DNA of 38,306 bases from Candidatus Omnitrophota bacterium (lineage in GTDB: Bacteria > Omnitrophota > Gorgyraeia > Gygaellales > Profunditerraquicolaceae): contig JBEKSD010000015.1 in the NCBI GenBank assembly GCA_049517335.1, positions 1 through 38,306 on the forward strand. Reading direction: 5' to 3'. Of this stretch, positions 1-8,818 are shown piece by piece; position 1 is the first letter of the stretch; every line of letters starts with the position of its first letter. Under the pieces are notes generated by a model, which had not been told where the DNA came from, did no database searches, and saw only the letters and a list, made by a program, of their open reading frames with translations. The position numbers and the translations under genes are program-made.

Positions 1-295
1 TGAGGTTGGTTAAGTGGTAGCCGAAGGGTTTAAGCTTAAAGAACTGGTAATCAAAGAGGTAGGAAAGGATGGTTAAAGGCTGGTAGTGGCCTACAGAGAA
101 GGAGGTAAAGGTATCTTTTAGGCTCGCTAATGAGACTGAGGAGATAGTGGGATTGTTAACGACATAATCTTCATCATCCCAGTTAACAAAGCTATTCTTA
201 AGGCAGGGATAAAAAGCCCCAAAGACAATGATCAGGATTAGAATGAGGCAGAGCGGGATGCTGAAATTTGTTATTCTATTAGTGGTAGTGAACAC
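1..295 (-). CDS. TMTC-like GT-C membrane glycosyltransferase, N-terminal part (runs off the window)
   Basis: Not in the ORF track. Manual translation from GTG at 295 gives VFTTTNRITNFSIPLCLILILIIVFGAFYPCLKNSFVNWDDEDYVVNNP...GHYQPLTILSYLFDYQFFKLKPFGYHLTNL, open to the edge. It has the same TM, DD, YxPL and GYH/R..N motifs as the adjacent gene. Confidence 0.8.
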   Translation of the reverse strand, partial: MFTTTNRITNFSIPLCLILILIIVFGAFYPCLKNSFVNWDDEDYVVNNPTISSVSLASLKDTFTSFSVGHYQPLTILSYLFDYQFFKLKPFGYHLTNL

Positions 296-306
296 ATTTA
301 ATTTAT

Positions 307-2214
307 CTATTTAGCGCTCGCTGCTTTAAGTTTGTACAATTTATCCAGCGATTCCTTTAACTCTTTATCTTGAGGCCTGACTTCAAGCGCTTTTTTAATG
401 TAAAATATGGAGTTATCAAAGTCGCCTCTATTGCTATAAAGTGCAGCCAAGCTCTTCATAGCTTCATAAGCGCGCGAATCTAAGCGCAGGGCTTCCTTGA
501 ATAACGTTTCCCCCTCTCTGGAATAACCTGCTTCGCTCCAATAAATACCGATACCAATTAATTCTTTAACTTTATCCGGACTTATGCTAAGTAACTTTTC
601 ACAGGTAGCCAATGCCTTATCGTATTCTTTATTTCTAATGAATAACTTAATGATATTTATCAGCACAACGGAAGACTCGGGGTTGATTTCATCAGCCTTA
701 TTAAAAGCTTCTAATGCTGCGCTATATTTACCTTGTGCATTATAAACGCAGCCTAAATTATTATATATTAAGTAAGATTTGGGGTTTAATGTAAGCGCCA
801 TATGATATGACTCCAGGGCCTTGTTAAATTCTTTCTTAGCCGCAAAAGCATTGCCCAATAGGAAATAAAAATCCCAAACACCGGGCTTAAACTGTAATGT
901 TTTTCCCGCCTCTCTGATTACTGAATCATAATCGTTATTTTTATAATAAGCATTCCCCAAATTCACGCGGGCGATTATGTTATTTTTATCAATACTCAAG
1001 ACATATTTATAAAAACTTATTTCATTTTTATAATTATAATTGACTAATACCGTTAAAATGGAAAAGTAAAAACATACGGCAATAAACAAGGCTTTTGAGA
1101 ATCCGGGGAAACGGAAATGCAGGGCTAGAATGGAATAGGCCAGAAGCAGGCAAAAGCCGATGGATGAGTTATAAACATAATGTTCACTGAGGACCGGTCC
1201 AAAATATTTCAGAATTTCAGTCAGACTGATAATCGGTAATAAACCTATAGAATATACCGCTAATCCGTAAATAATGACCATGTTCTTTTTAACTACAGCC
1301 CGGGCCAGTAAATATACAAAGAATAGAAACGAACAAAGATAAATAATAAGCTTAAAGATAAAATTACTTCCTAGGAATGAGACCTTTACACTCAACGGAA
1401 GCACCAGTTGCCAGAAGAAACTCTGCGAATAGAGCAAAAACTCTCCTGCCGTACGCAGGGATATTAAATACGCAATATTAAATTTTCCACAAGGCATAAA
1501 TATATTGCGCAAGATAATGTACACAGAAGCAATCATAAGGTATGGCAATAAAGACAGAAATATTTTCTTCTTATCTACCTTCAAGAACGCCGCAGAAATA
1601 AAAAGATACAGCGGGAGTAACAAAGCTCCCTCCCTGGCTAACAACGCGCCTATAAAAAACAACAATGAAAAAGAATAATATGCGGTCTTTTTCGAAGTTA
1701 ACCAGTAAATAAAAGCTGCCAGAGAAGAAAGCATCAGGAAAGTTTCAAGGAGGTTTGATCTGCCGGATATGAAAGTAACCACGCATACTTGTGCCGGATG
1801 GATACAGAAAAATATACTGCTCAATAACGCTAATATTTTATTCTTAAAAATTAAATAAATAATCAAAAACAAAAGAAATCCGTTAAGGCTCTGTAGAATA
1901 ATATTGACGAATCGGTAACCGGCAGGATTTAGCTTCCAGAGAGGATATTCAAAAGCATAGCTTAGTATCAGTAGCGGACGGTAATATTTGTCATTAAAGT
2001 CATAACCTGCTTTTGAACTAAAATAAAAGATATCGTTGGAAAAGATTTTAGAAATTGAGAAATATTTGACATGTTGATTATCAACTATCAAATAATTATC
2101 ATCGAATATAAACGAATGGTGCAAGGCATTAAAATATAATGCTAAGCAAACGATGAAGAAAAACAATAAAAAAATATAATTTGGTATTTTATTTACGGGC
2201 GTATCTGGGGTCAA
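307..2214 (-). CDS. TMTC-like GT-C fold membrane glycosyltransferase with C-terminal TPR repeats
   Basis: N-terminal TM followed by FIFDDNYLIVDN, YYRPL, GYRFVN, IHP, ISGRS; many TM helices; C-terminal TPRs (NLGNAY, LLGNAF, NNLGCVY). TTG start with AGGAG 8 nt upstream. Confidence 0.8.
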   Translation of the reverse strand: MTPDTPVNKIPNYIFLLFFFIVCLALYFNALHHSFIFDDNYLIVDNQHVKYFSISKIFSNDIFYFSSKAGYDFNDKYYRPLLILSYAFEYPLWKLNPAGYRFVNIILQSLNGFLLFLIIYLIFKNKILALLSSIFFCIHPAQVCVVTFISGRSNLLETFLMLSSLAAFIYWLTSKKTAYYSFSLLFFIGALLAREGALLLPLYLFISAAFLKVDKKKIFLSLLPYLMIASVYIILRNIFMPCGKFNIAYLISLRTAGEFLLYSQSFFWQLVLPLSVKVSFLGSNFIFKLIIYLCSFLFFVYLLARAVVKKNMVIIYGLAVYSIGLLPIISLTEILKYFGPVLSEHYVYNSSIGFCLLLAYSILALHFRFPGFSKALFIAVCFYFSILTVLVNYNYKNEISFYKYVLSIDKNNIIARVNLGNAYYKNNDYDSVIREAGKTLQFKPGVWDFYFLLGNAFAAKKEFNKALESYHMALTLNPKSYLIYNNLGCVYNAQGKYSAALEAFNKADEINPESSVVLINIIKLFIRNKEYDKALATCEKLLSISPDKVKELIGIGIYWSEAGYSREGETLFKEALRLDSRAYEAMKSLAALYSNRGDFDNSIFYIKKALEVRPQDKELKESLDKLYKLKAASAK

Positions 2215-2225
2215 GCAGCAAGCTC

Positions 2226-3242
2226 CTACTTATTTATAATGTCTATTTCTTGGGTTGCTGTGGCAGTGGCGCCTTTAGCATCTTTCACTGTCAGGGTAAC
2301 AGTAAAAGACCTCGTTCCATATGTAGTGCTCCAATAAGTATTCACTGCTTTGGGCTTATTAGAAGTATCCCCGTCTCCAAAATCCCATTCATAAGAAACG
2401 ATTTTACCGTTAGGAGAATGTGATTTTGTTCCATAAAAATCAACCTTGAGCGGCGAGAAACCTTGCGTGGGACGGGCAATAATTACTGCTATCGGGGTGC
2501 TCACTCCGGATGTAACAGCTTTAATTTCCTGCTTAGGCACGACCTCCTGAGCCTCGGGTAGTTTAGGTTTTATTTCTTCTTTAGGCGTTACTGTCTCTTC
2601 TTTTTGTTCAACTGCCGTAGCTTTCTCTTTTTCCGGAACCTTTGGCGTCTCTATTTTATTCTCAGGCACGACCTCCTGAGCCTCGGGTAGTTTAGGTTTT
2701 ATTTCTTCTTTAGGCGTTACTGTCTCTTCTTTTTGTTTCTGCTCAGCCGGCTCCACATTTCTTTCTCGAGTAAGGTCCTTTTGAATATAATTATTTAGCT
2801 CCTCTTTTAGCGCCTTTATGCGCGTCTTTTCCCTTTCGTATTCATCCTCCTCTATCTTTATTATCTTTTCCCTGTATTTAGGGTCATTGTTAAATTTATA
2901 CTCCGAGTACGCGATAGAAGGAAGTTTAAAAATACCGATAATAATATGTGCAATCATAACCGGCGGATCTAAAAAGACTTCCTTAACGTGGTTTTCAATG
3001 TAACCCATATCTTTATAATATTTCTCAACTACCAGTCTGCGCCTCTTGAACCTCTCCTTGGCAAGCGAAAGATCCGCGGGTACAGAATTGTTTTTTCCGA
3101 CTGTGTATTCCGGAATAAGATCGCCATCATAAGTAGCCACGTAGCCTTTGTCAAAAGGCGGCTTGACGCCTTTCTGGAATTTATAGGTTGCGCAACCGGA
3201 TAAAATAAATGCCGCGACCAGCAAAAATATTATTTTCTTCAC
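2226..3242 (-). CDS. Lipoprotein with Pro/Glu/Lys-rich repeat linker and C-terminal PKD domain
   Basis: Lipobox LSGC; PKD signature YEWDFGDG...VTLTVKD; AAGGAG RBS upstream. Confidence 0.8.
   Translation of the reverse strand: MKKIIFLLVAAFILSGCATYKFQKGVKPPFDKGYVATYDGDLIPEYTVGKNNSVPADLSLAKERFKRRRLVVEKYYKDMGYIENHVKEVFLDPPVMIAHIIIGIFKLPSIAYSEYKFNNDPKYREKIIKIEEDEYEREKTRIKALKEELNNYIQKDLTRERNVEPAEQKQKEETVTPKEEIKPKLPEAQEVVPENKIETPKVPEKEKATAVEQKEETVTPKEEIKPKLPEAQEVVPKQEIKAVTSGVSTPIAVIIARPTQGFSPLKVDFYGTKSHSPNGKIVSYEWDFGDGDTSNKPKAVNTYWSTTYGTRSFTVTLTVKDAKGATATATQEIDIINK
2535..2737. repeat. Exact 74-bp direct repeat (2535-2608 and 2664-2737) inside the lipoprotein gene
   Basis: Both copies read aggcacgacctcctgagcc...ctcttctttttgtt. 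The offset is 129 bp (43 codons), encoding QKEETVTPKEEIKPKLPEAQEVVP twice. Confidence 0.95.
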
Positions 3243-3257
3243 CTTTCTCGCTCCTTT

Positions 3258-3815
3258 TTATTGCTTCATTAAAGCCAGCGCCTCAGAACGGGTTTTTTCG
3301 TTCTCTTTGAATATCCCCCTTACTGCCGAGGTCACCGTTAAAGTTCCGGGTTTTTTTACACCCCTCATGGACATACAAAAGTGCTCCGCCTCAATAACTA
3401 CCATTACTCCCAGCGGCTTAAGTTTTGACATAATGATCTCGGCAATCTGGGTAGTAAGGCGCTCCTGCACCTGCGGCCTGTGCGATAAAATATCCACCAC
3501 GCGCGCAAGCTTGCTTAACCCGGTGACACGGCCGTTTTTAGGAATATAGACGATATGTGCTCTCCCCGCGAAAGGCAGAAGGTGATGCTCACATATACTA
3601 TATAAAGGTATGCCCTTTAACAAAATTATCTCATTATGTTTCTGGTCTAAGATTACCTCAAGTTCTTTTTCCGGGTTCTGTTTTATGCCGGAAAAAATTT
3701 CTTCGTACATTTCAGCCACCCGTGCGGGCGTCTGCAAAAGGTCTTTCTTTTGCGGGTTCTCTCCTATCCCTACAAGGATATCCCTGACTGCTTTCTCAAT
3801 CTTTTTTCTATCCAT
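3258..3815 (-). CDS. folE: GTP cyclohydrolase I
   Basis: [36 protein letters not shown] motifs. Confidence 0.97.
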   Translation of the reverse strand: MDRKKIEKAVRDILVGIGENPQKKDLLQTPARVAEMYEEIFSGIKQNPEKELEVILDQKHNEIILLKGIPLYSICEHHLLPFAGRAHIVYIPKNGRVTGLSKLARVVDILSHRPQVQERLTTQIAEIIMSKLKPLGVMVVIEAEHFCMSMRGVKKPGTLTVTSAVRGIFKENEKTRSEALALMKQ

Positions 3816-3821
3816 TAAATC

Positions 3822-5267
3822 CTACTTTCCTATACAGAAATCTGAGAATATTTTATCCAATAAATCTTCCCTGAATTCCTTCCCCAGTATATCATCAATA
3901 AAAGACGCTGCTTCTTTGATATCCTGCGAAATGAACTCCAAAGGTAGTTTATTATCTAATGAATTCAGCGCTTCTGCAATAAGTTTTTGCGCCTGGCGCA
4001 GAGCGGTTATGTGCCGTAAATTACTCACCATGGAATATTCAGCTTTGAAGACCCCTCCTTTATAAACCAGATCCGCAATTGCATCTTCCAATAAATTGAT
4101 ATTTTTATTTTTTTTTGCGCTTAAAGCTACCGTCTGCCTGAATATTCCGCTAATTTTTTCCCTCTTTATCTTATTAGCAAGGTCAATTTTATTTATAACC
4201 GCAATGCAGTTCTTCCTGCTTAATTTTTTTATTAACTTTAAGTCGTCTTTTACAAGCTGCTTGCTCGCGTCAAACATTAAAATCACCAAGTCTGCCGCTT
4301 CAATATGCTTTTTTGAGCGCTCCACCGCCTTTTTCTCAACCAGATCCCTCGGTTCTAAAATACCCGCTGTATCCACGATCCTCACAGGTATGCCTTTTAT
4401 ATCAATTATCTCTTCTATTGTATCGCGCGTCGTGCCAGCAACAGGCGTAACAATGGAACGCTCTGTTTTAAGCAGGGCGTTCAATAAAGAAGACTTGCCA
4501 ACATTTGGCCTACCGCAGATTACTACATGTATCCCTTCGCGGAATACCTGTCCGTGCCTTGCGTTTTCAAGTATCTTTTTACAATCATTCTGCGCAGATT
4601 TTAATTTTCCATAAATCTTTGATATCTCTAAACTAAAGGAACCTTCTTCGGGAAAATCAATATCCGCTTCCAACGCTGAAAGCGCATCCAAGAGGTAAGA
4701 ACGAACTTTATTTATCCCTTTTGATAACCCGCCCTTCAGCTGCTCAATGCCCAATTTTAACGCAGAGTCGGTTTTGGCGCGGATAATATCAAGTACCGCC
4801 TCTGCCTGAGCAAGGTCAATCCTGCCGTTTAAGAATGCCCGTTTTGTGAACTCACCCGGCTCTGCGAGACGACAGCCCTCTTCCAATACACGTTCAAGCA
4901 CCGCGCGTGTCGCGATGACTCCGCCGTGGCAATTAATCTCAACAATGTCTTCTTTTGTAAAAGAACGGGGTGAGCGCATAACGGTCAATAATACTTCATC
5001 AATTATTCCTATCTCCTCTCCAACATTTTGAGTGCTGACTGGCCTGCCCTGAGCGTAACCGAAGGGTGACTGGTGACTGGCAACAATCCAGCCATAGTGG
5101 ACAGTATGAGTTAGGAAGCCGGAAGGATTTTTGCCGTCCTTGGAAACAAAAACCTTATCGGCAATTTTCAGCGCATCTTTACCGCTTAAACGCACAATAC
5201 CAATCCCCCCTTCCCCCACGGGCGTTGAGATTGCCGCGATTGTGTCGGTTAAGTTATGCTTAAGCAT
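3822..5267 (-). CDS. mnmE: tRNA modification GTPase MnmE (TrmE), with a short in-frame insertion
   Basis: DTIAAISTP, GRPNVGKSS, GTTRD, DTAG, NKID and C-terminal FCIGK. Confidence 0.97.
   Translation of the reverse strand: MLKHNLTDTIAAISTPVGEGGIGIVRLSGKDALKIADKVFVSKDGKNPSGFLTHTVHYGWIVASHQSPFGYAQGRPVSTQNVGEEIGIIDEVLLTVMRSPRSFTKEDIVEINCHGGVIATRAVLERVLEEGCRLAEPGEFTKRAFLNGRIDLAQAEAVLDIIRAKTDSALKLGIEQLKGGLSKGINKVRSYLLDALSALEADIDFPEEGSFSLEISKIYGKLKSAQNDCKKILENARHGQVFREGIHVVICGRPNVGKSSLLNALLKTERSIVTPVAGTTRDTIEEIIDIKGIPVRIVDTAGILEPRDLVEKKAVERSKKHIEAADLVILMFDASKQLVKDDLKLIKKLSRKNCIAVINKIDLANKIKREKISGIFRQTVALSAKKNKNINLLEDAIADLVYKGGVFKAEYSMVSNLRHITALRQAQKLIAEALNSLDNKLPLEFISQDIKEAASFIDDILGKEFREDLLDKIFSDFCIGK
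5029..5080. repeat. TGACTGG heptamer array interrupted by a 24-nt REP-like hairpin, inside mnmE
   Basis: TGAGTGC-TGACTGG-[CCTGCCCTGAGCGTAACCGAAGGG]-TGACTGG-TGACTGG on the + strand. Confidence 0.75.
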
Positions 5268-6525
5268 GCCTGAATTCTCCTACCACAAATAAGGAACCGG
5301 TAACTAAAATTAAGTCTTCCCTCTTTGCCAAAGACTTCGCCAATACTCCGGCTTCTTTAACGCTAGCGGTTAAATATTTCTCTTTATTTTTAAATTGCCG
5401 GGCTAAAATACCGGGAGCAGTTGCGCGGATACTGCCTGCCTTTGTAAGGACTATTTTATCCGCGAGGGAAGACAATTCTTTACAAATCCCCTTAATATCC
5501 TTATCATTTGATATTCCCAACACTAAAATGAGCTTTTTATAGTTAAAATTATCTTTTATTGCTTTTTTTATGGCCTTGGCAGAAGCTTTATTCTGCGCGC
5601 CGTCAAGGACAATATAAGGAGAACGACCAACTATTTCACACCTGCCCGGCCAAACCGCATTTTTTAGGCCCTTCTTAACGTAGTCTACGCTAAGGCCTAA
5701 ATTTAATGCTTCAATCGCTTCTTGCGCAACCGCGGCGTTTATCAACTGATGAGCACCAAGCAAATTTACGCGGTAGGCCGTGCTGTTTTTTACTTCGTAT
5801 AAACCGGCATTTACTTCTCTGCATATCTGCCTGATCACCTTTCTTGGAGCCTCTTCCTGCGGAGCGCTGATTACTACGCTATCCCTTTTTATTATCCCAG
5901 ACTTCTCCTTGGCTATTTTTGTCAGGGTTTTACCGAGGAGACGGGTATGTTCATAACTTATCGGCGTAATCACACAGGCAAGCGGCTTTATTACATTAGT
6001 GGCATCCAGCCTGCCGCCAAGCCCAGTTTCTAATACAGCAAAATCAACATTATTCTTTTTAAAATAGAGAAAGGCCAAAATCGTAAAAATTTCAAAAAAA
6101 GTAAGCGGTCCGTATTTTGAATGTTTATTAAAACTGTCTATACGCCCTTTGAGATAAGAAACTAAACGCAATAGTTCCTTCTTGGGAATCTTGCCTTCAA
6201 AAGGATTTTTTTTCCTTAAACCAGTAAGGGCTGGCCTTGGGGTTAAAATCCTTATTCTTTCTCTAAAATCAGTCAGGTGCGGTGAGGTATAAAGGCCAAC
6301 TTTATATCCTGCTTCGCGCAATATGGAAGCAATAAAAATACAGGTTGAGCCTTTGCCTTTAGAGCCGGCAACATGAATACACTTTAAGGAGTCCTGCGGA
6401 GAATTAATCGTCTTTAGGAAGTCCTTAATGCGTTTTAATTTTAAGGACCCCTTGTAAGGACGATTGGAAATTTTTTCGTAGTTAACGCGCGATTCTAAAT
6501 ACCGGACTGCTTGGGAGTAAATCAT
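5260..6525 (-). CDS. folC: Folylpolyglutamate synthase/dihydrofolate synthase
   Basis: HVAGSKGKGST, YTSPHL, ETGLGGRLDATN, WPGR, LDGAQN, TGSLF. Confidence 0.95.
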   Translation of the reverse strand: MIYSQAVRYLESRVNYEKISNRPYKGSLKLKRIKDFLKTINSPQDSLKCIHVAGSKGKGSTCIFIASILREAGYKVGLYTSPHLTDFRERIRILTPRPALTGLRKKNPFEGKIPKKELLRLVSYLKGRIDSFNKHSKYGPLTFFEIFTILAFLYFKKNNVDFAVLETGLGGRLDATNVIKPLACVITPISYEHTRLLGKTLTKIAKEKSGIIKRDSVVISAPQEEAPRKVIRQICREVNAGLYEVKNSTAYRVNLLGAHQLINAAVAQEAIEALNLGLSVDYVKKGLKNAVWPGRCEIVGRSPYIVLDGAQNKASAKAIKKAIKDNFNYKKLILVLGISNDKDIKGICKELSSLADKIVLTKAGSIRATAPGILARQFKNKEKYLTASVKEAGVLAKSLAKREDLILVTGSLFVVGEFRHA

Positions 6526-6530
6526 GCATA

Positions 6531-8093
6531 TTAATGCCTGAAGTGCCTTATGCTTGTAAATACCATGGCGATTTTGCGCTTGTCCGCAGTTTTGATAATT
6601 TGCTCGTCGGCGATGGAGCCGCCCGGTTGTATTATGGCCTTTATTTTATATTTAGCGGCGAGCTCTACGGCATCCTCTTTGGGGAAGAAGGCATCCGAAG
6701 ACAAAACACAGCCACTGGTCAGCTTCCCTGCCTTCTTTGTGGCGATGAATACGGAATCAACACGAGACATCTGTCCTGCCCCGATGCCGATGGTGCGGGT
6801 TCCCTTGGTGAGCACAATCGCGTTAGATTTCAGGTGCTTGGCTACTTTCCAGCCGAAAACCAGACTTTCCATTTCCTTTTTACTGGGTTTCTTTTTAGTA
6901 ACAACTTTCAAATTGTTTAAATTAAGCATGAGCAGGTCTTTATCCTGCAATAACAGTCCTCCACTGACGCGCTTTAAATCCATATCATCCGTGGCGCTGA
7001 GGTCCGCTAACTCTAAGAGGCGCAGATTCTTTTTGTCTTTAAATAATCCCAGCGCTTCCTTATCAAAGCCCGGAGCAATAATGCACTCTAGAAATCCGCT
7101 TTTCGCCACAACCTTTGCCGTGGCTAAATCCATCTTCCTGTTTAAGGCAACTATGCCGCCGAAGGCGGAAAGCTTATCGCACGACCACGCCGCAAGGTAA
7201 GCTTTATCCAGAGCCTTATCTTCGGCTACGCCGCAGGGGTTATTGTGCTTAACGATTACTGCCGCGGGATTGGAAAACTCTTTTACCAATTCAAACGCGG
7301 CGTTTAAATCAAGAATATTATTAAAAGATAGTTCTTTTCCCTGCAGTTGTTTTAAATTAATCAACCCCCTGCTTTTCCCTTTTTCTTTATAGAAAGCTCC
7401 CTTTTGGTGCGGGTTTTCTCCATAACGTAAATCCTCTATTTTTTCAAAGTTAAGGCTTAAGTTCTGCGGGAAAACAGTTGAAGCTGTAGCCGGAGCCCTT
7501 TTAAAATAATTACTCAGATAATTGTGTATAGCCGCATCATACTGGCTGGTACGGCCATAAACTTCAATGCCTAATTCGCGCATTAAATCTTCTCCCAGAG
7601 AACCGTTATTCTTCTTTAACTCTTCAATCACCTGAGCATAACGTTCGGGATTGCAAATCACGGCGACTGACTGATGATTCTTGGCAGCGGAACGCAGCAT
7701 GGACGGCCCGCCGATATCTATATTTTCAATAACCTCTTCAATCTTCACCTCTGGTTTTTGGATAGTTTTTTCAAAAGGGTACAAATTAACGACTACCATA
7801 TCTATAAGGCCGATCCCGTTTTTTTGCAAAGTCTGCATATGCTCAACATTCGCCCTTACTGCCAGTAGCCCGGCGTGAATTTTCGGATGTAACGTTTTAA
7901 CCCGTCCGTCGAGCATTTCAGGAAAGCCGGTATATTCGGAAACTTCCCGCACCTCTACTCCGTTTTCACGCAAAAGCTTAGCTGTACCTCCAGTGGAGAG
8001 TATTTCCACGTCAAACTTCTTTAACTCCTTGGCGAAATCTAAAATCCCCGCTTTATCCGAAACACTGATTAATGCCCGTTTGATTCTAACCAT
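6531..8093 (-). CDS. purH: Bifunctional AICAR transformylase/IMP cyclohydrolase
   Basis: RALISVSDK, GRVKTLHP, IDIGGPSM, LRYGENPHQ, KHNNPCG, SDAFFP, RHFRH; AGGAGG RBS. Confidence 0.98.
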   Translation of the reverse strand: MVRIKRALISVSDKAGILDFAKELKKFDVEILSTGGTAKLLRENGVEVREVSEYTGFPEMLDGRVKTLHPKIHAGLLAVRANVEHMQTLQKNGIGLIDMVVVNLYPFEKTIQKPEVKIEEVIENIDIGGPSMLRSAAKNHQSVAVICNPERYAQVIEELKKNNGSLGEDLMRELGIEVYGRTSQYDAAIHNYLSNYFKRAPATASTVFPQNLSLNFEKIEDLRYGENPHQKGAFYKEKGKSRGLINLKQLQGKELSFNNILDLNAAFELVKEFSNPAAVIVKHNNPCGVAEDKALDKAYLAAWSCDKLSAFGGIVALNRKMDLATAKVVAKSGFLECIIAPGFDKEALGLFKDKKNLRLLELADLSATDDMDLKRVSGGLLLQDKDLLMLNLNNLKVVTKKKPSKKEMESLVFGWKVAKHLKSNAIVLTKGTRTIGIGAGQMSRVDSVFIATKKAGKLTSGCVLSSDAFFPKEDAVELAAKYKIKAIIQPGGSIADEQIIKTADKRKIAMVFTSIRHFRH

Positions 8094-8110
8094 TGTTGCC
8101 TCCTAAAATA

Positions 8111-8812
8111 TTATTTATTAAACCTGAAATTCACCAGATCCGCATCCTGCATTAGATAATCTTTCATCTCTAAACGCAGCTTGCCCGCCTGTTTCGCGCC
8201 TGTTTCTCCGCCGCAATTCATAAAATCATCAAAACTGATAATCTCAGCCCGGATGAAGCCTTTCTGGATATCGGAATGTATGGCGCCTGCGGCTTCCCAT
8301 GCGCTTATCCCTTTTTTGATTAACCAGGCACGTGTTTCTTTTTCTCCGGTAGTAAAAAAACTGATGTAGCCGCTTTCCCGCAATGCCTGTACAAGGAGCG
8401 CATTTATATCTTCGGGTTCTGACTTTTCTGCAAGGGTAACTGATTTTAGAGTATATAAACCGTAGCCGGAGATTATTCTTTTCTCTTCATCGCTCAGTGG
8501 CATAGTTGAAATAAGTTCGTCTTTCTCTAAAACATCCTTAAATTTATTGAGCAGGGTTTTTTCAGCATCGTCAGTTGCCCGGGCAAGGCGCGTTTCCACA
8601 AATTCAAGGTCGTTTAAGACAAGGTCGGTCTTGGAATCTTTTAAAGTAACGATGGCGTCGGCATCAAGCGCCGCGTCTTGAGAAACCACTTCAACCTGCA
8701 GATAAGTCTTCTTCTTTGCCTTGGTAATGCTATCCACCTGGTCTAAACGTGCATCTTTAATGTTATACTTCCCCGGGTTAATCCCGGAAATATTAATTAC
8801 GCTGATTTTCAT
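8111..8812 (-). CDS. YchF-like protein retaining the helical and C-terminal TGS (DUF933) regions but lacking P-loop motifs
   Basis: C-terminus FFTTGEKETRAW...AAGAIHSDIQKGFIRAE...KDYLMQDADLVNFRFN matches YchF. No GxPNVGKST or DIAG motif; 233 aa. Confidence 0.85.
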   Translation of the reverse strand: MKISVINISGINPGKYNIKDARLDQVDSITKAKKKTYLQVEVVSQDAALDADAIVTLKDSKTDLVLNDLEFVETRLARATDDAEKTLLNKFKDVLEKDELISTMPLSDEEKRIISGYGLYTLKSVTLAEKSEPEDINALLVQALRESGYISFFTTGEKETRAWLIKKGISAWEAAGAIHSDIQKGFIRAEIISFDDFMNCGGETGAKQAGKLRLEMKDYLMQDADLVNFRFNK

Positions 8813-8818
8813 TTTGAA

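Noticed and set aside
2535-2737. Repeat-spacer-repeat as a mini CRISPR array
   Set aside because: The repeats are 74 bp, in-frame within a CDS, present in only two copies, and no cas genes are nearby.
6200-6250. About 13-aa insertion in FolC (LTPRPALTGLRKKNPF) as another repeat-derived loop
   Set aside because: No discernible tandem periodicity or hairpin in the DNA.
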